This document shows, one piece after another, positions 39,425-52,700 of a stretch of 64,000 nucleotides of DNA; within the stretch, counting starts at the first letter, position 1, and each line of letters opens with the position of its first letter. This DNA comes from Pavona decussata (taxonomy: Eukaryota): positions 2,790,001 to 2,854,000 of the forward strand of contig CDRNST010000195.1 in NCBI GenBank assembly GCA_977016875.1, written 5' to 3'. The notes under the pieces are model-generated. The model was not told where the DNA came from. It made no database searches and was given only the letters and a program-made list of their open reading frames with translations. Made by a program: the position numbers and the translations under genes.

Positions 39425-40874
39425 TATTTTTCCTTAATTCATCTATATGCATGCACTGCTGTCATATTTCACTCTTGGGGAAGGTAAACAGCTAAAGTGA
39501 ATTTATGTGTTGTACCTTTTTCAAACAAGATGGTCTCTGAAAGTATGCAGTCCAATGTTTCATTTGTAGCATCTTCAAGACTGGAAGAAGACCTCATTAT
39601 TTCAGCCAGCTATTTCCTTGACTTGGAAGGATAGATCTGTTGCAAGGTTGTCTGCCTCTGAGATGGACTCAACTGTGGAGGATGGTGCATTAGCATTTCT
39701 GGAAAATGAGGGGCTGCACTGTTGCTCAACAGATAGACTTGTGTTTGGCTCCAAGCTTTGCTGGCATTCAGTGGTTTCCTATTAGGAAGAAAAAAGAGGT
39801 TTCTTTTACAAATAGCAATGGATTGCAGGTGCCTTAACAGAGACTAACACAGTGTGTATACTATATTACAATCTTGTTTTTTAGCAAAGGTTGCCTAGAA
39901 TTTTCGATGGCTCGAGAACAACTAAAATTTTTGATATGTCCTGCTGTTGCTGTTTTTTTTTTTAACAGCTTTATTGACCATCACACATGTTAAATACAAT
40001 AAATTAAACAACCAGAAAGAAATGAAAAATACGTGAAAAGTGATAAGGTCAAAAGGGCAGGTGCGAACGGGACGCGAGGACCCATGCGAGGCACCTCCCA
40101 TGATACAAATAATAATTAAAACACAAACAACCAAAAGATGCTTAAAAAACTAGGGATGGCAGGAGCAGGATCGTACAATTGACCAGGTACAGGGATAGAA
40201 TATGTCAAAGTGATTTTGCAAAAGGTGAAACATGTGCTCAGTAACAAAGTTGCGGAAGGAAGCAGTAGTTGAAAAACTGGTAGGGGGTGATAATTTACAG
40301 ATATAGTTCCAGAGCTTAACAATACGATTAAAGTAAGAGGCCTGAAAAGTGACCTGTTGTGGTTTCTAGATTTAATTTAATTTGTCTTTTTGTTAGCAGT
40401 GATTAATTGAATTAGGAAGCGTGAAAAAAAAAAGTTTCTGAGGAGAATTTCTGCAAAGAAATTGAGTCGGTACACAGTGCAAGAAATCGTGTTTTGTCCA
40501 GTGCAGTAATATGGCTGATGAATCTTCTAGCCATAGTAAAGTAGGCATGTCAGCAGAGACGTACTCCGACCTGCCAACATTGAATTCTAGGTGAGTTTGA
40601 ATGGTTTATTTAGTAATTTATGGTCATGCAAATACAAATAATTGATGTGGTGACGTGCGAGTGCCCCACGTGTGTCGGCTCACCATGTCTTAGGATTTGT
40701 GCCTTTTACAAAAGAGCTTATGAGCTGTTCATGCATATGTGAATTGTACAGTTTACTGCATTAATTACATGGTCTTTAAACTCTAGAAAGCTTTCACGTC
40801 TGAAGTTGCATTCCTTTGCTTGTTTTCGCAGAATTCGATTAACAATTGCAAAAACATATCGATAACATCAGTCT

Positions 40875-41113
40875 GGTTCAAAAATTAATTCCAACACAGT
40901 AAAAAACAACACTATGTGCTTCATTACAGAAATTTACAGTCGTATCTAGATTTAGGATTAAAATTAACGAATGTACATCGAGCATTAAAATTCAATCAGT
41001 CACATTGGCTGAGACAGTGCATTGATTTCAATGCACAGAAAAGAATTCAAGCTTAACAAAGCTTTGAAAAGGATTTTTTCAACCTTATGAATAACTCAGT
41101 CTTTGGTAAAACT
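40875..41113 (+). pseudogene. Polinton/Maverick (adintovirus-like) protein-primed DNA polymerase B fragment
   Basis: Manual translation YVLHYRNLQSYLDLGLKLTNVHRALKFNQSHWLRQCIDFNAQKRIQA*QSFEKDFFNLMNNSVFGKT contains PolB motif B. Confidence 0.88.
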
Positions 41114-41629
41114 TGATAGATTTCTCGGGTTGAGCAATCTCTTTGTCACAAAACGGAGAAGTGATGTGTTCATCATCTAGTTCATCGTGCAGTGTATCAG
41201 CGCAGTTCATTCTATAATATTTATTCATATTCTTTTAATGGATGGAATAATTAAACCATCCAAGAATGTCACGCAATGGAATCATAAAGTTAAAAAGTGA
41301 ATCGGGTGGCGAAATTGGATAAACATTTGTGATTGACTCAAATCAATGATTCCATTCGATGATTCCATGATTTGAAAAAAGTATGTAGATTTCATTTTAT
41401 GATTCCATTGATTTCATTTTATGGTTTCAGAATTTTCAAAATTTGGCTGGAACCAAATTGCAAAAAACAGAAATTTTGTCGCTGAACTCAGTTTTATTAA
41501 AACTGGTCTGGTGTGCCAACTCTATAACTACTAAATTTTGATATTATTTTATACTAATGGCTGTCATAAATGTGAAATTATAATTCATATTTCTAAAATT
41601 CCTATTTCAGGTAATACAATATGGTATCA

Positions 41630-42230
41630 TACCATTTCAGACTTTTATCCCATCTCCTTTCTGTATTGACAGGGTATGTGTTTGCAGACTCACTGGCTTA
41701 AAAAATGCCAAGCAGGATATTTCTACAACAGCCCTTTCAGTGAGGGCTACTTAGTTCTCCCTTGGTTGGTGATGCTCGTTGCGATTTGGTAGACACAAAC
41801 CATTCTCCATCTGCACTAGGGCAGCTATTGCAGGCTTCTCACTGGACAAGTGGTTACCTGTAACAGGATTCTCAACAGACAAGTGTGAAACCCCGTGTAC
41901 ACCTTCATTTTGGTGCTCTTCTGTCATGCTTTGTACATGTTGCTTAAAGTCAAAATTGTCAAATACCAACTTCCTTCCTTTGTGGGTAGACAAAATAACA
42001 GCGTGTTCAGATTGGATGGGTGGATGGTTGTCGACCTCACTCACTTCAAGATGTGGAGCAGCAGATGATAACTGTTAAACAGGAGCTTGGTGTTTCTTCT
42101 TCAGTCGTTGGGTCTCATTCGCGACTTTCTTCTCGACAGAACCAGCAAAATCTTGGCGAAACTAATCCAGTTTCTTATGATATTTATGCCCTGTGGTAAC
42201 TCTTAAGGGAACCAAGACGACAAAGAGCCC
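41630..42230 (-). pseudogene. DUF6589-type transposon-associated gene fragment
   Basis: GRKLVFDNFDFKQHVQSMTEEHQN..H..H..VEN resembles the 'GDNxD...MT.xxQNxSxH' block of DUF6589 proteins. Confidence 0.65.
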
Positions 42231-43479
42231 TAGTCATTAAAAAATGACAAAAATCCAACCCAGTTTTTACGTGGTTTTAATTTTGAAATTTTTTGGTTTT
42301 CTATCAAAACCCAATTTTGGAAAAACTGCAATTTTTCCAGGCTGGATTAACAAGAAAGAAAGCAAATTCCATAGCTGGTAAACATACAAATCCAGAACTG
42401 GAAAAACTTCTGATATCAAATTATCCAAACCAGGATCATTTAAATTCCCAGATTTGAAGAGTGAATTATCCAGTACAGGATATCTCAATTCTCCATCACC
42501 GTTTAAGTACAAATCCAGTCAAGGATTTAGTCATTCTCCTTGTATGGAAAATCCCACGTCCAGTCTACGTTAAGCACTATTTTCATGTTTGGTAGGTATG
42601 ATACACAGTGTGGGATAAATTTGATCCCCATATTGGATATGACATTTTCCAGTTAAGGAGATCTAATGAATCCCACATTGTGTATCACACTTATCAAACA
42701 TGGATATATTGTATAACCTGGACTGGATATAATATTTTCCTAGTACGGGGATCTTATTTTTTCCACAACGTATATCATACTTACAAAACATGGATATATA
42801 GATGGTTATATATAGTCCTCGCAGTGGAAGTAATAAACCCATATGCCTAGTAAGCTGCTTGTTCATAAACGAACAAATAATATAATATAATTATCATTGC
42901 TAAACCGTGAAAGTAATTCCATGATAGTGTGATTGACTGGATCAGGGTTACTTTGAAATTATCGAATGAGCTACCATGTATGTGTCAGACACTGTTAATT
43001 CTGTTTCATGTCAACTTCTTTAATGGCCTATAAGTACCTTTAAGATTCCTGTTTATCTCAAAAGGCAACAGAGAGCTAATTAGGGAGGGATTAGGCTTTT
43101 TTTTTTTTACAACCATACATGTTGCGCTGTCACATCCATCAACACTTCAGCGTTCGATTGATCCAACAGTAGAAATTTAGACATTCTATCGTTTTCAACA
43201 TATTTATGCTCGAATATTAATCACAAGATGAGGTAGACCAAAGAAAAGTACATCAAGGGACTGTATCAGTGCATTTAAAATGCATGGATACTGGGTATGA
43301 CAGAAGAGTTGTAAGAGCAATCATCACACTGCTACAAAAAAGCTAGCAAATGACACCTTGAGTCATGACATTGATCCAACGCCTGTAAAAAGACACTTAT
43401 ACTCCGCTTGTTTTGCCATTGACAATAATACACCCCCCACTTACGACTGATTTAGAAAATTGTTCTCCCTTCTCTGAAC

Positions 43480-43515
43480 ACCCCCCCCCCCCACACACAC
43501 ACACACACACACACA
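43480..43515. repeat. (C)n(CA)n microsatellite
   Basis: Read directly from the sequence. Confidence 0.95.
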
Positions 43516-43597
43516 CCATCCCAGCCCCCCTGCCCCAACAACACCACCACCTCTGTCACTCCTTTATATTTATACATGTAGCTACTTTTCGCAATAC

Positions 43598-44700
43598 TCA
43601 CTCGACTCTGAAGTCTCCAAATTTTCGATACTTTTTCTTCTGATGGCGAAACTCACATCTAAGGCCACACCACCAACACTTCGATTTAAAGCGTTCCTTT
43701 TCTTCGTTGATACTTTCTAACTTCGATACAAGATGGTCAGGAACTTCAGGATTGCCGTCGTTCTGAATCATCTGCTTACTCTTCTGTGTTTTTATCCGGG
43801 AAGAGTTGAAAGTGAGGAGCTCTTTTGTTGGCATTTCCCCCGGTGCCCAGCTTCCTAGTCGAGCGTCAGAGATGTTGTGGAATTCGGCTTGTTTCTTCCT
43901 AAGCAGTCAGGAGAAGCTGGCCGGAAAAAGAACAACGCCTTCCAGCACAGGATCACTGCGCACCCTGTGTTTCAAACACAATCCCGATTGGCATGTGAAC
44001 GTGTAAATTGCCACATCGACTAACTCAACAAGATTTTCAGGTAGACCCTTTTTCATGAACTTTTCAGAGGCAGCAAAAGAACTCGCCATACTATAAACCA
44101 GATAAACATCTATTGAGATGCTGCTGCAGATTTGTTGCATTGTGTCAAGGCTTTTAAATGGTGTGATGTATTCCAAATGTGGAAATTCAAACAAAACCCT
44201 GGAAACTTGTGAAATTTTACAGGTTTTTCCCAGCGTTTGCACCACAGATTTTACACCAAAAAGTGTCAACTTTCCATCGTACTTGTAAATTTCCAGCTTT
44301 AAAATACCTCAAGATGCCCGCTACTAATCCTCTATCATTTCTGCATCCTCTCTATGATATTGCTGTGTGGCAATTTATTTTGATATGCGGCTACACTCAA
44401 AAGGAAGAGAAACGATTCAAGTTCACATGGAAAATGCATGAGGTGGTGGCCAATTTTTTATGCCAGCTGTTAGAGGTACGTGCCTTCGATCATTTGCAGT
44501 CAAAGCAAATAAGCGAAGAGGTGAAATCAGCGACTGGTAATTGGGAAGTCGGGCAAAAGGGCATCGAGGAAAAAGCCGTAATCACTGGCTTTAGGCATAT
44601 CTTAGCACAACCATTTTGTATCCTGGTCATAGGGTCTTTATGCACCCATCAATGTGGAGGCAGAGCAAGAGGCAGAGCCACATTTATCTACAGTACATAC
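43598..44700 (-). pseudogene. Degraded coding-like exon ending in a KCWWCG motif (possible zinc-finger start)
   Basis: Consecutive same-frame ORFs 43907..44269 and 43598..43834, separated by one stop, end at a GTGAGT donor near 43600. Product unknown. Confidence 0.3.
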
Positions 44701-46519
44701 ACTTCATGGGAAGTGAACACAAAAGCAATGGGCATTGGGATAATAACAGTACTGTATCCACCCCACCCTAAAAAAGGAGAATTTTGGAATTGCAGTTGTG
44801 TTATCATTAAGACGTTGCCTGCCAAGAATCAAGACTGCTGCAATAGTCATGTAGAGTGAGGGACCCCTCACCTTAAAGTACCCTATATAATTTACAGTTA
44901 AATATCACCCTTGGATATACCAGTCAAAGACTTCTATATTGTATTTCTTCAATTCAGCGACTGATTTATAATATAATGCATCCTTGATCAAAATAATTAT
45001 TGCAACATTGTGCTGGCCTGCGAACAGGCTTCCCTGGCTTACTCAGACGGGGAGGGGGCAAGAGAAGGGAAGCCTGCATAAGAACACCGTGGACGGATTT
45101 GCTTGTCAACTGCCAGATTTTAACCAATCAGCGTGTACTGGAAGTAAAGTTAAAACAAAAACAAAATTACAATAATAGTCATGTGAATTGGTGTGCTCTT
45201 GTAGCCTGCGAACGGATCAGGTCAGCTATTTTTCTACCTGGCTCAGCCAGGAATAACAGCTGTTGACCTTTGATTCAAATGCGGACTTCAGTAAATTGAT
45301 TTCCACAGAATTAAGTTTGGTGTCTAAATCAATCGGGATTAAATAATCTGAGTCTAAATTCGATTTTGATTTGGCTCATTTGAAATATGACGTCTGAACC
45401 AATCAAAGGCTTAAATTATGATTCAAGGAAATATAAAAACTGTAGCCTTAATTACACTTCACAAAAAAGTACAAGGTACCCTGTTTGTATTTGGTAGAAT
45501 TGGCATTTTCAAATTAGGGGGATAATAAGGACGAATAAATGTAATGAAAGAAAACAAAACAACAACAACAACAACAAAAAGGCAAACAAACCAGGTGAAT
45601 CATTGGATTTCCTTTGGGAATACCTTTTCGTATTCCATTTATTTCTTCTACAGATTGACTGTACGGACCAGTGTGCCCAAATGCGTTAAACCAGTACTCA
45701 AAGGCAGCAGCATGCCCTCTTATTACTGGAGGCATCAGTCCACGGCAACGTAAGGTGCCTGATCGTTTCCCTTTTGTTTCACTCATCATTTCTAAAGAAA
45801 AGTGGAGAACAAAAAAATATGGCGACTCAAATAATAATAAAGAAAAATGTCAATAGCGATTATTACATTATACAATACAACCCATTAAGGTTTCAGCAAA
45901 TGAGCATTGCCACATTTGATATATCCCTCATTCTTTTAGATCTCCACGAAGACATCCGAGTACAGCTTTGCAGAAACTACTTATTCACGTCAAACTAAAC
46001 CCTCTGAGGGTAAAAGAAGAAACAAATACCTTAGTCTGTATCACCATCTCTCCTAGCAAGTGACATGATCTTAGGTGTTCTACTGCCAAAGAAGCTGATA
46101 TTGGCATTTTAACAAAAATTAATAATGGATGCATGAATGGATGATTTAATAAATGAATAATATAAATATTATTGCCCGATCCCCTTAAGAATGGATGGGT
46201 AGATAAATAGATAAATGTAATCAATAAATAAACAAGTAAAGAACCAAACAAACAAAATAAAAATATGTTATTATTCAATCAATAATGTTCAAATTCAACA
46301 CTCCTTTGAAGATTGTTCATTAAGAGAAGGATATGCAAACAATTGGCTCACAGAGATGTAGATGAAAACCAGAAGCTGGGGAAAATACCCGGCTTTTCCA
46401 AGATGTAGTTGTTTTTGGGAGTTGATCGTACGATCAACTCAGATTAGATTGATTTCAATTCATATATTTATTTTCATTTCGAAATACTTGTGTGTTTTCC
46501 ACATAGTTCATTACCTGTA

Positions 46520-47060
46520 AATTATACCGGTAAATCTATATCTACAAGGAGTTTCTGAGCAACTCGCACGAGTTTTCAGAAAACAAGGGGTGAGCACCTA
46601 TCACAAGCCTAGAAATACCATAAGACAACAGCTGGTACACCCCAATGATCCCACACCCATGGAAAAGAAATGCGGACTGGTCTGTAAAATCCAGTGTAGG
46701 GATTGTTCAAAGGTTTATATCGGGGTGATGGCAAGACCCTTTGGGGTCAGATTTAGAGAACATGTCAACAGTACGAGATCGTCAACGACTGCAGTGGGTG
46801 ACCACCTAAAGAACACAAGGCACATGCTCGATCTTTCTTCCTCGTCAATTGTTGTGAGGGAGAACGAAACTTTCAAAAGAAGAATTAGAGAGGCTATTGA
46901 AATTCATTGCCAGGCTCCAACACTGAATGGCGACGTTGGATATGAACTCTCAGCGATTTACCGGGACGTTTTGTCAAGTGATATTGTATCGCCTTAATCC
47001 CGTGACAAAACGTCCTAAACCACTTGACAAAGATTCTGAGACTGAATCAAAAACTCGTAT
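46520..47060 (+). mobile_element. Penelope-like element 3' fragment (GIY-YIG endonuclease)
   Basis: GLVCKIQCRDCSKVYIG..R.F..RFREH..AVGDHL..H..RRIREAIEI..LNGDVG. Confidence 0.88.
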
Positions 47061-47459
47061 CAATAACTAAAGCTATGGAAACTAGCCCTGGTGAAGTTTT
47101 CAACAAAAAAAATTATAGAGTTGAAGTAAATTTATTTTTCCACTAAACCGACAAGTCTAGGGGCCAGTAGGTACATATTTTTACTAGCCTGGCAATAAAT
47201 TGTCCCAGCAAAGTGTGGATTGTTGGGCTGCTTCACATGCAGTCATTTAGTGGCCAGAGAAAGGTGTGTTCCACCAAAAACTACATATGTATGGGAGTCC
47301 TTGTCCTCTATTTTCCATTCATTCTTGTGCGAAATTCCTTTGGCCACTACAAAAAGTGCTCCATATCTGCCAGCGAGAATTTTTTGAAGCCCTAATAATC
47401 ATGTCACAGCTTCACTGGGCAGGGCATGTAAGTTGGAAGGCCATCATCATCATCATCTT

Positions 47460-47925
47460 TATTTAATAACACGGTAAATGCATCAGGCATTAAGAATTTC
47501 ATATAAAAGCTACAACTTATTATTAGAGACTAAGTATACAGATTAACCTTCTAAAATTTAAAATATTGCTCACTATTAAGGAAAAGTAAACTAAATTAAA
47601 GCCTGTTTTACATGAATGCTGTGTTGGAATTAGTAAGCAATCGTCGGAAATTAGTCAGAGATGTTGCTTGCCTAACAGCTGACTGTAGACTGTTCCAGAG
47701 GACTGCACTACTATAGCCAAAGCTATTTTTGTAATAGTTCGTGACAATGGAATAGCAAGCTTATTATCAGAATCACGCAAAATGTAAGAAGTAATCACAT
47801 CACTCCACTGAATGAATTTCGAGGACAAATAATGAGGTGCGAGGCCATTCAAGGACTTATAGACCATCTCAGCCTTTAGTTTTCGAGGTCGAGTTTCTAA
47901 ATTGTCCCAAAGCTGCCAAAAGCTG
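47460..47925 (-). mobile_element. CR1/L2 LINE 3' fragment
   Basis: MVYKSLNGLAPHYLSSKF..YILRDSDNKLAIP followed by a UTR and a (GAT)n tail near 47445-47460. Confidence 0.8.
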
Positions 47926-48129
47926 TGTTCCACTCGGAACTGCGCCAAGGAAAAAGGTGCCAAACTAGTTTTGAAAAGTTGTACTCGTACTCAATCCCAT
48001 ACTTGTATGAAAATCTGAAGATCGCTATTTTTCTTATTGTGATTAACTTTTTATAACTGGTCTGTTGACTGCCTGTACGTTAGTCCTGAGAAGCAAGTTC
48101 TTGTATTCAGAATATAATGTCAGTGCTCA

Positions 48130-49190
48130 GTTACGTAACTGCATCATGACTGACCTTGGGAGTCCGATGGGTTGCTGCTTTAACAAAAGATTATTCAACA
48201 ATTCTATAAAAAACTTCATAACGTTAACACCACAGTCTGGTGGAGTTGACTGCTGGGGGCAATTTGGGTACTGCACTTCATCAAATGAGATATTTTTGAC
48301 TTTGCCTGTTGTTTTGATTTTGCAAGCCCTTCATCTTGTACGTAATTTTTAATTATGCGCTTAACCACATACAAACTGGAATAACAGCAAAGTCCTTGTG
48401 AAATATATTGACACGTTTGGTCCAGTTTCTGATCCCATTAGGATCAAAGTCTCGGCTTTTTATTAAAGTGAGGGCTTAACAATGTAAACAGGGTTATTGG
48501 GAAAGTCACCACTCTTTTCCTCAGCTTTGGACAGCAATACAAAGTCTGTTAGGTTGTCATCAATCAGATAGCCATGTTCTAAGTTTTGGAGATTGTCACT
48601 GTCAAGTTCGACATATCAAACTTAGAAGTGTACCTAACAAGCACAACAGAAGGCATGAAGGGAACGCGCATTTCATCTTGGCTTGTGGTGGTTTTCCTGT
48701 ACATGTTCCTCAATACCAATGTTTCGAATGATGTATTCGTGTAAGCTTGAAATTCACTTATATGTGATGCAAGTGTTGCAGAATTAGGAAAGTTTAATAA
48801 GATGGCTTTTCCATTACTGCAAACCATACACTTACTCTTCCTTGCCTGGGAAACAAAAAGAAATCGTTCACTATAGCTGTTAATACAAGCAACACAGTAA
48901 TCTTGAAACCGAAGAACAATCCCAGATTAATTGTTCTGGACGCACTCATCCAGAACCGTCTCCAGCACCAGTAAGCCATTTTAGTTTCCTTCTTTAATAG
49001 CTTCTTGACTTGTGGTACCAACAACAACTTCTGTGTCAAGATGAAATTCATGGTTGAAAGCTACCATCTTTATTGGCAGCTCATGTACAGTTATGTTTTG
49101 GCTATTGCCAAGTTTGAATCTGAGACAAAAACTTGGAAAGAGTGAAGTCTGTTTCCCATTACTAACAAGTTTTCGATTGTAACGCAATGT
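48130..49190 (-). pseudogene. Relic with Ulp1/C48-like protease motif and upstream peptidase-C76-like segment
   Basis: Manual translation CPQQSTPPDCGVNV (48275-48220) is a Ulp1 Q..DCG catalytic motif. Upstream ELP and MVCSNGKAILLNF resemble C76-like domains of Helitron-associated proteins. Confidence 0.5.
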
Positions 49191-49825
49191 ACGTAGAGAG
49201 TATCTTTAATCTAGTTCTAATGTAAGTATGATATTGTAAGTAGTGTTTAAAACTGTATAGTTATAATTAAAAAAAAATTTCCGCCAAGTCCAACACTTTT
49301 GAACTATTGACTGAATTTATTGTCCTGTAGAGGAGAGCAGTCAATGAAATTCCACCACACTGTTGGCCTGGGTAGTGACAAAGGGTTAATTTCTACCTGG
49401 TGACCAGATGCAGGACATACCAACTGGTTATCACTTGTACCACTGGACCTTTCTTCATCTGAGGACGTCAATGATGGAAACAAAAGAATACCTTCCCTTT
49501 TTGAGAGCTGGCTGAGTGATATTTAAAACTGCTTTCCATCAGTTGACCTTTTCTGCTTTTAGTTTTTTTACCTTTTTTATTTCTTTCAATTTACCAATTA
49601 GTCAGTTTTAATTGATGTTATTGAATATTATCGATTTTATCAATTGAACACGTCAGAAATAAGAGTTAAAAAAATGCTGGCCCTGAGTAAGTTTGAGTTA
49701 AGCACACTGATGCGGCTGAAGGATTCCAATCAGGAAGGATACATTATACTATCTTTAACAATACATTATTACTTTCTTGTTACTTAAGTCAATACGAACT
49801 TCCACAGATTACATGTTGTGGATTC

Positions 49826-51465
49826 AGTGGCCTCAATGTCAAACTTTGCGATCATGGCCCCGGGCCCGTGGTTGGCCACCATGCGGATAATCTGGTAGAG
49901 TTTGATGTAGGGCATAGAGAATTCGTCAGCACTAATACCATCATTTATGCTATACCCGCCAAGGGAGGATAAGTCAACAATAAGCCGCCATTTGCCAGGT
50001 TGGCCTTTTTTAGGGATGACCTCGAAACTGCTTATTTTAAAATTTGGAATGGGAATTGAAGGAAAGGGGCCTGCCACCCTGTATCAAGAAATCTTGTGGG
50101 CCAAATAATCCAATAAAAAAAAAAAAAACCCTTGGTCGTACGCGAGTCAAATTTTCCCAAAAAAAAGGAAATGTGCGAAGGATTAGTAAGTCCTTCCATT
50201 GATGGGGGAAGTGGGTTACCAAAATCAGGGCAAAGATGGATAAAGTCTCCATCCAGGACGCGATGTCCTTGATCATACAATGCTGTTCTTTGGGTTGATG
50301 CATAAGAACAAGGCACCTGTCAAACAGCAGCTGAGGCTCAGACTCCTGAAGCAAGTTCACTGCCAATAACCCAGTTAGAAGCAGATCAAAACATTTATTT
50401 TTAAACTAAAGAAGTTTTTGACTCGTTTTCTTGTTGATTTATTTTTTTTGTAAATATTTATCTTGATTTTATATTCATATTATAGTCTTTGTATATTTTA
50501 GGTATTACTGTTATCTATTATTTTCATGTATTGTTATCGCATATTTTTTACATATTTTGCACGTATTATTGTTATTATTATTGGTTTCTTAGTAGAAATA
50601 ACGCTATATGAGTAAAGATGATGATGATGATTATTATTATTACTTGCCAGCCACGATTTGTGCAACAAGCTTTGCAGACACGGGTGAGAAACCTGGACCA
50701 ACGACGAAAGGCTGCTCCAAAAACCATGCAGGTTGACCGACAGAATGGGTGGCGACATCGCAAATCGCCCTGCTCTGCTACGACGCAGAAGAAGAGATAG
50801 AAAACATAGACAGAAGCGAGAATGTAGCTGCAAAGGACGGCACAACAAATAATTGGCTTGGTTTACCTTGCACTGAATGTCTGCAAAATCCTGTCCCCGC
50901 TGTCCAACAAGCTTGCTGCACAAGTGGCCAGTAACGGTGAAGAATCAGGAACACCCCTCAAAACTGGCCACATAGCAGAACTTGAATTTGCTGCTGACGA
51001 ATTCGGCTAAGATGTAGTGCTTTGAGAAGCGCTTGAAGACGCCTGCTCAGCTACAAGAGCTCCTTGAACTGTCTGCGTGATTAAGGACACCATTTCTGGC
51101 GAAACTCCAGTGGTCGATTGCCTGGTCGATTCAAGAGGAGCTTGAGAAGCTTGAAGAGAAGTGGAGGGCAAAACGTTAGCACAAGCAAACGACAAGACAT
51201 GTTGCAAAGAAGCCTGTTTACCAGATAGAGCAGTTTGCAAGCTGTTATTCATGCCGCGAGAACCCATTGTAAGAAAACAAGAAATCGCCAAGCACAGTTG
51301 AAACAGCAAAAGTGTATATGAGAATGAGTTGACCTCACAAGTGGGGCTGCAAAACTACGGGATTCCCTGCATACCCCCCAACCACTGCGCATGTCCACGA
51401 CATGGGAGGCCGCTGACCAGCAATGTTTTGCCTTTAACTTAGCTTAAATTACATTTAACCACATA
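49826..51465 (-). mobile_element. Second Ngaro/DIRS fragment (gag plus RT N-terminus), 3'-truncated
   Basis: PFVVGPGFSPVSAKLVAQIVAG gag. RT AGPF..ISSFEVIPKKGQPGKWRLIVDLS..SINDGI..AKFDIEA is cut there. The 5' terminus resembles 11255-11285. AT-rich insert at about 50389-50641. Confidence 0.88.
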
Positions 51466-51577
51466 AAAGAGTTTTCAGTAAGAACTTCCACAGATTGCAT
51501 GTTGTGGATTAGGTGCAGTGTTGCTTTTTCCATTAATTACAGCAACCCAAGAAGTTATTACACTAAAACAAGAAATA

Positions 51578-52123
51578 CAATCAACTCTCTCATAGCGACC
51601 ACTTCTCGTAAGTGACCACCTCCCGTAACCAACCACTTCGTAAACAACCGTTTTGTTTCTCAGCTAAATACTGTTTCAAGAGCTCTCTTGTAAGCGACCA
51701 CCACTCAATTTCTTAAGAGACCACGACCACTTTTTAGGCCAGAAATTACACATATTCTTTTGTTTTCTGTTTCCGGTAAGCGACCACCCAACATAATCAC
51801 GTATGATTGTTAGTTAATCATTACTTAGAAGTGACAAAAGTTCAATTTTTAATGACGCTACCCCGGACTGCTGACAGATAATAACAGTTTACAGACAGAG
51901 AAGATGGCTATAATTAGATCTGTAGGTAAACGGGACAGATCTGTTCCGCAAGGTTATACAAAGTTTCATCAGAAGAATGAATAAATGTGAAAAAATCAAA
52001 TAAATTAGTTTCTATTTGCCTAATTTAGCTGCTAAGGTAAAATTACGCTTATTCTGTTGATCTTTCCCGTAAACGACCACTTTGTCGTGCGCCAAGGGTG
52101 GTCGCTTACGAGAGAGTTAACTG
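51578..52123. mobile_element. Tc1/mariner (pogo-like) MITE
   Basis: TA|caatcaactctctcatagcgacca ... tggtcgcttacgagagagttaactg|TA TIRs, with internal taagcgaccac sub-repeats. Confidence 0.75.
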
Positions 52124-52700
52124 TATTGCAATTTGTACATAGTATGTTAACTGTCAAGTATAGTCTTTCATGTAAATATTTACAAAAGGTTGAGAGAAGA
52201 AGAAAAAGTAGATTATGATACATATCTCTGTGATGTTTTTACTTTAAGAGTCAAATTCAAAATTAATAATAGGCTCCTTTTGAAAAAGTTAGAGCAAGAG
52301 AAATGTACAAATGGAAATGCTTGCTGCGCAGGCTACAATACCCCTAACACTAAGAACTGAACAGATTTTTTACATGTCATTTTACATCTGACACCCCCTC
52401 GCCCAATACATGACTGAGCAAAACGTGATACTGATTTTTTTTACTCCCCAAAACAATAGTTTGTCAAAATTTCCAATCTCCCTATTTGTTGGCTGAACAA
52501 TACCCTTTACAATCATGTAATGCTGAAAGGAGCCAGCTTTTGTGACCCTTCACCCTACTTCCTCAACTGATTTATTCTACAACCTTACAAAAACTCAGAA
52601 TTACCCAATTGTATAAAAGTGAAGGCTATAAAATCTAAACACACGGCAAAGCAGCAATTTGTAAACATAGCATTAAGTTAAGATCCACACAGATTTGTTA

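Noticed and set aside
44179-44859. 226-aa plus-strand ORF
   Set aside because: No recognisable motif, non-ATG start, and it overlaps a more coding-like minus-strand relic.
47380-47440. RTE LINE fragment (QLHWAGHVS)
   Set aside because: Too short to delimit or support as a feature.
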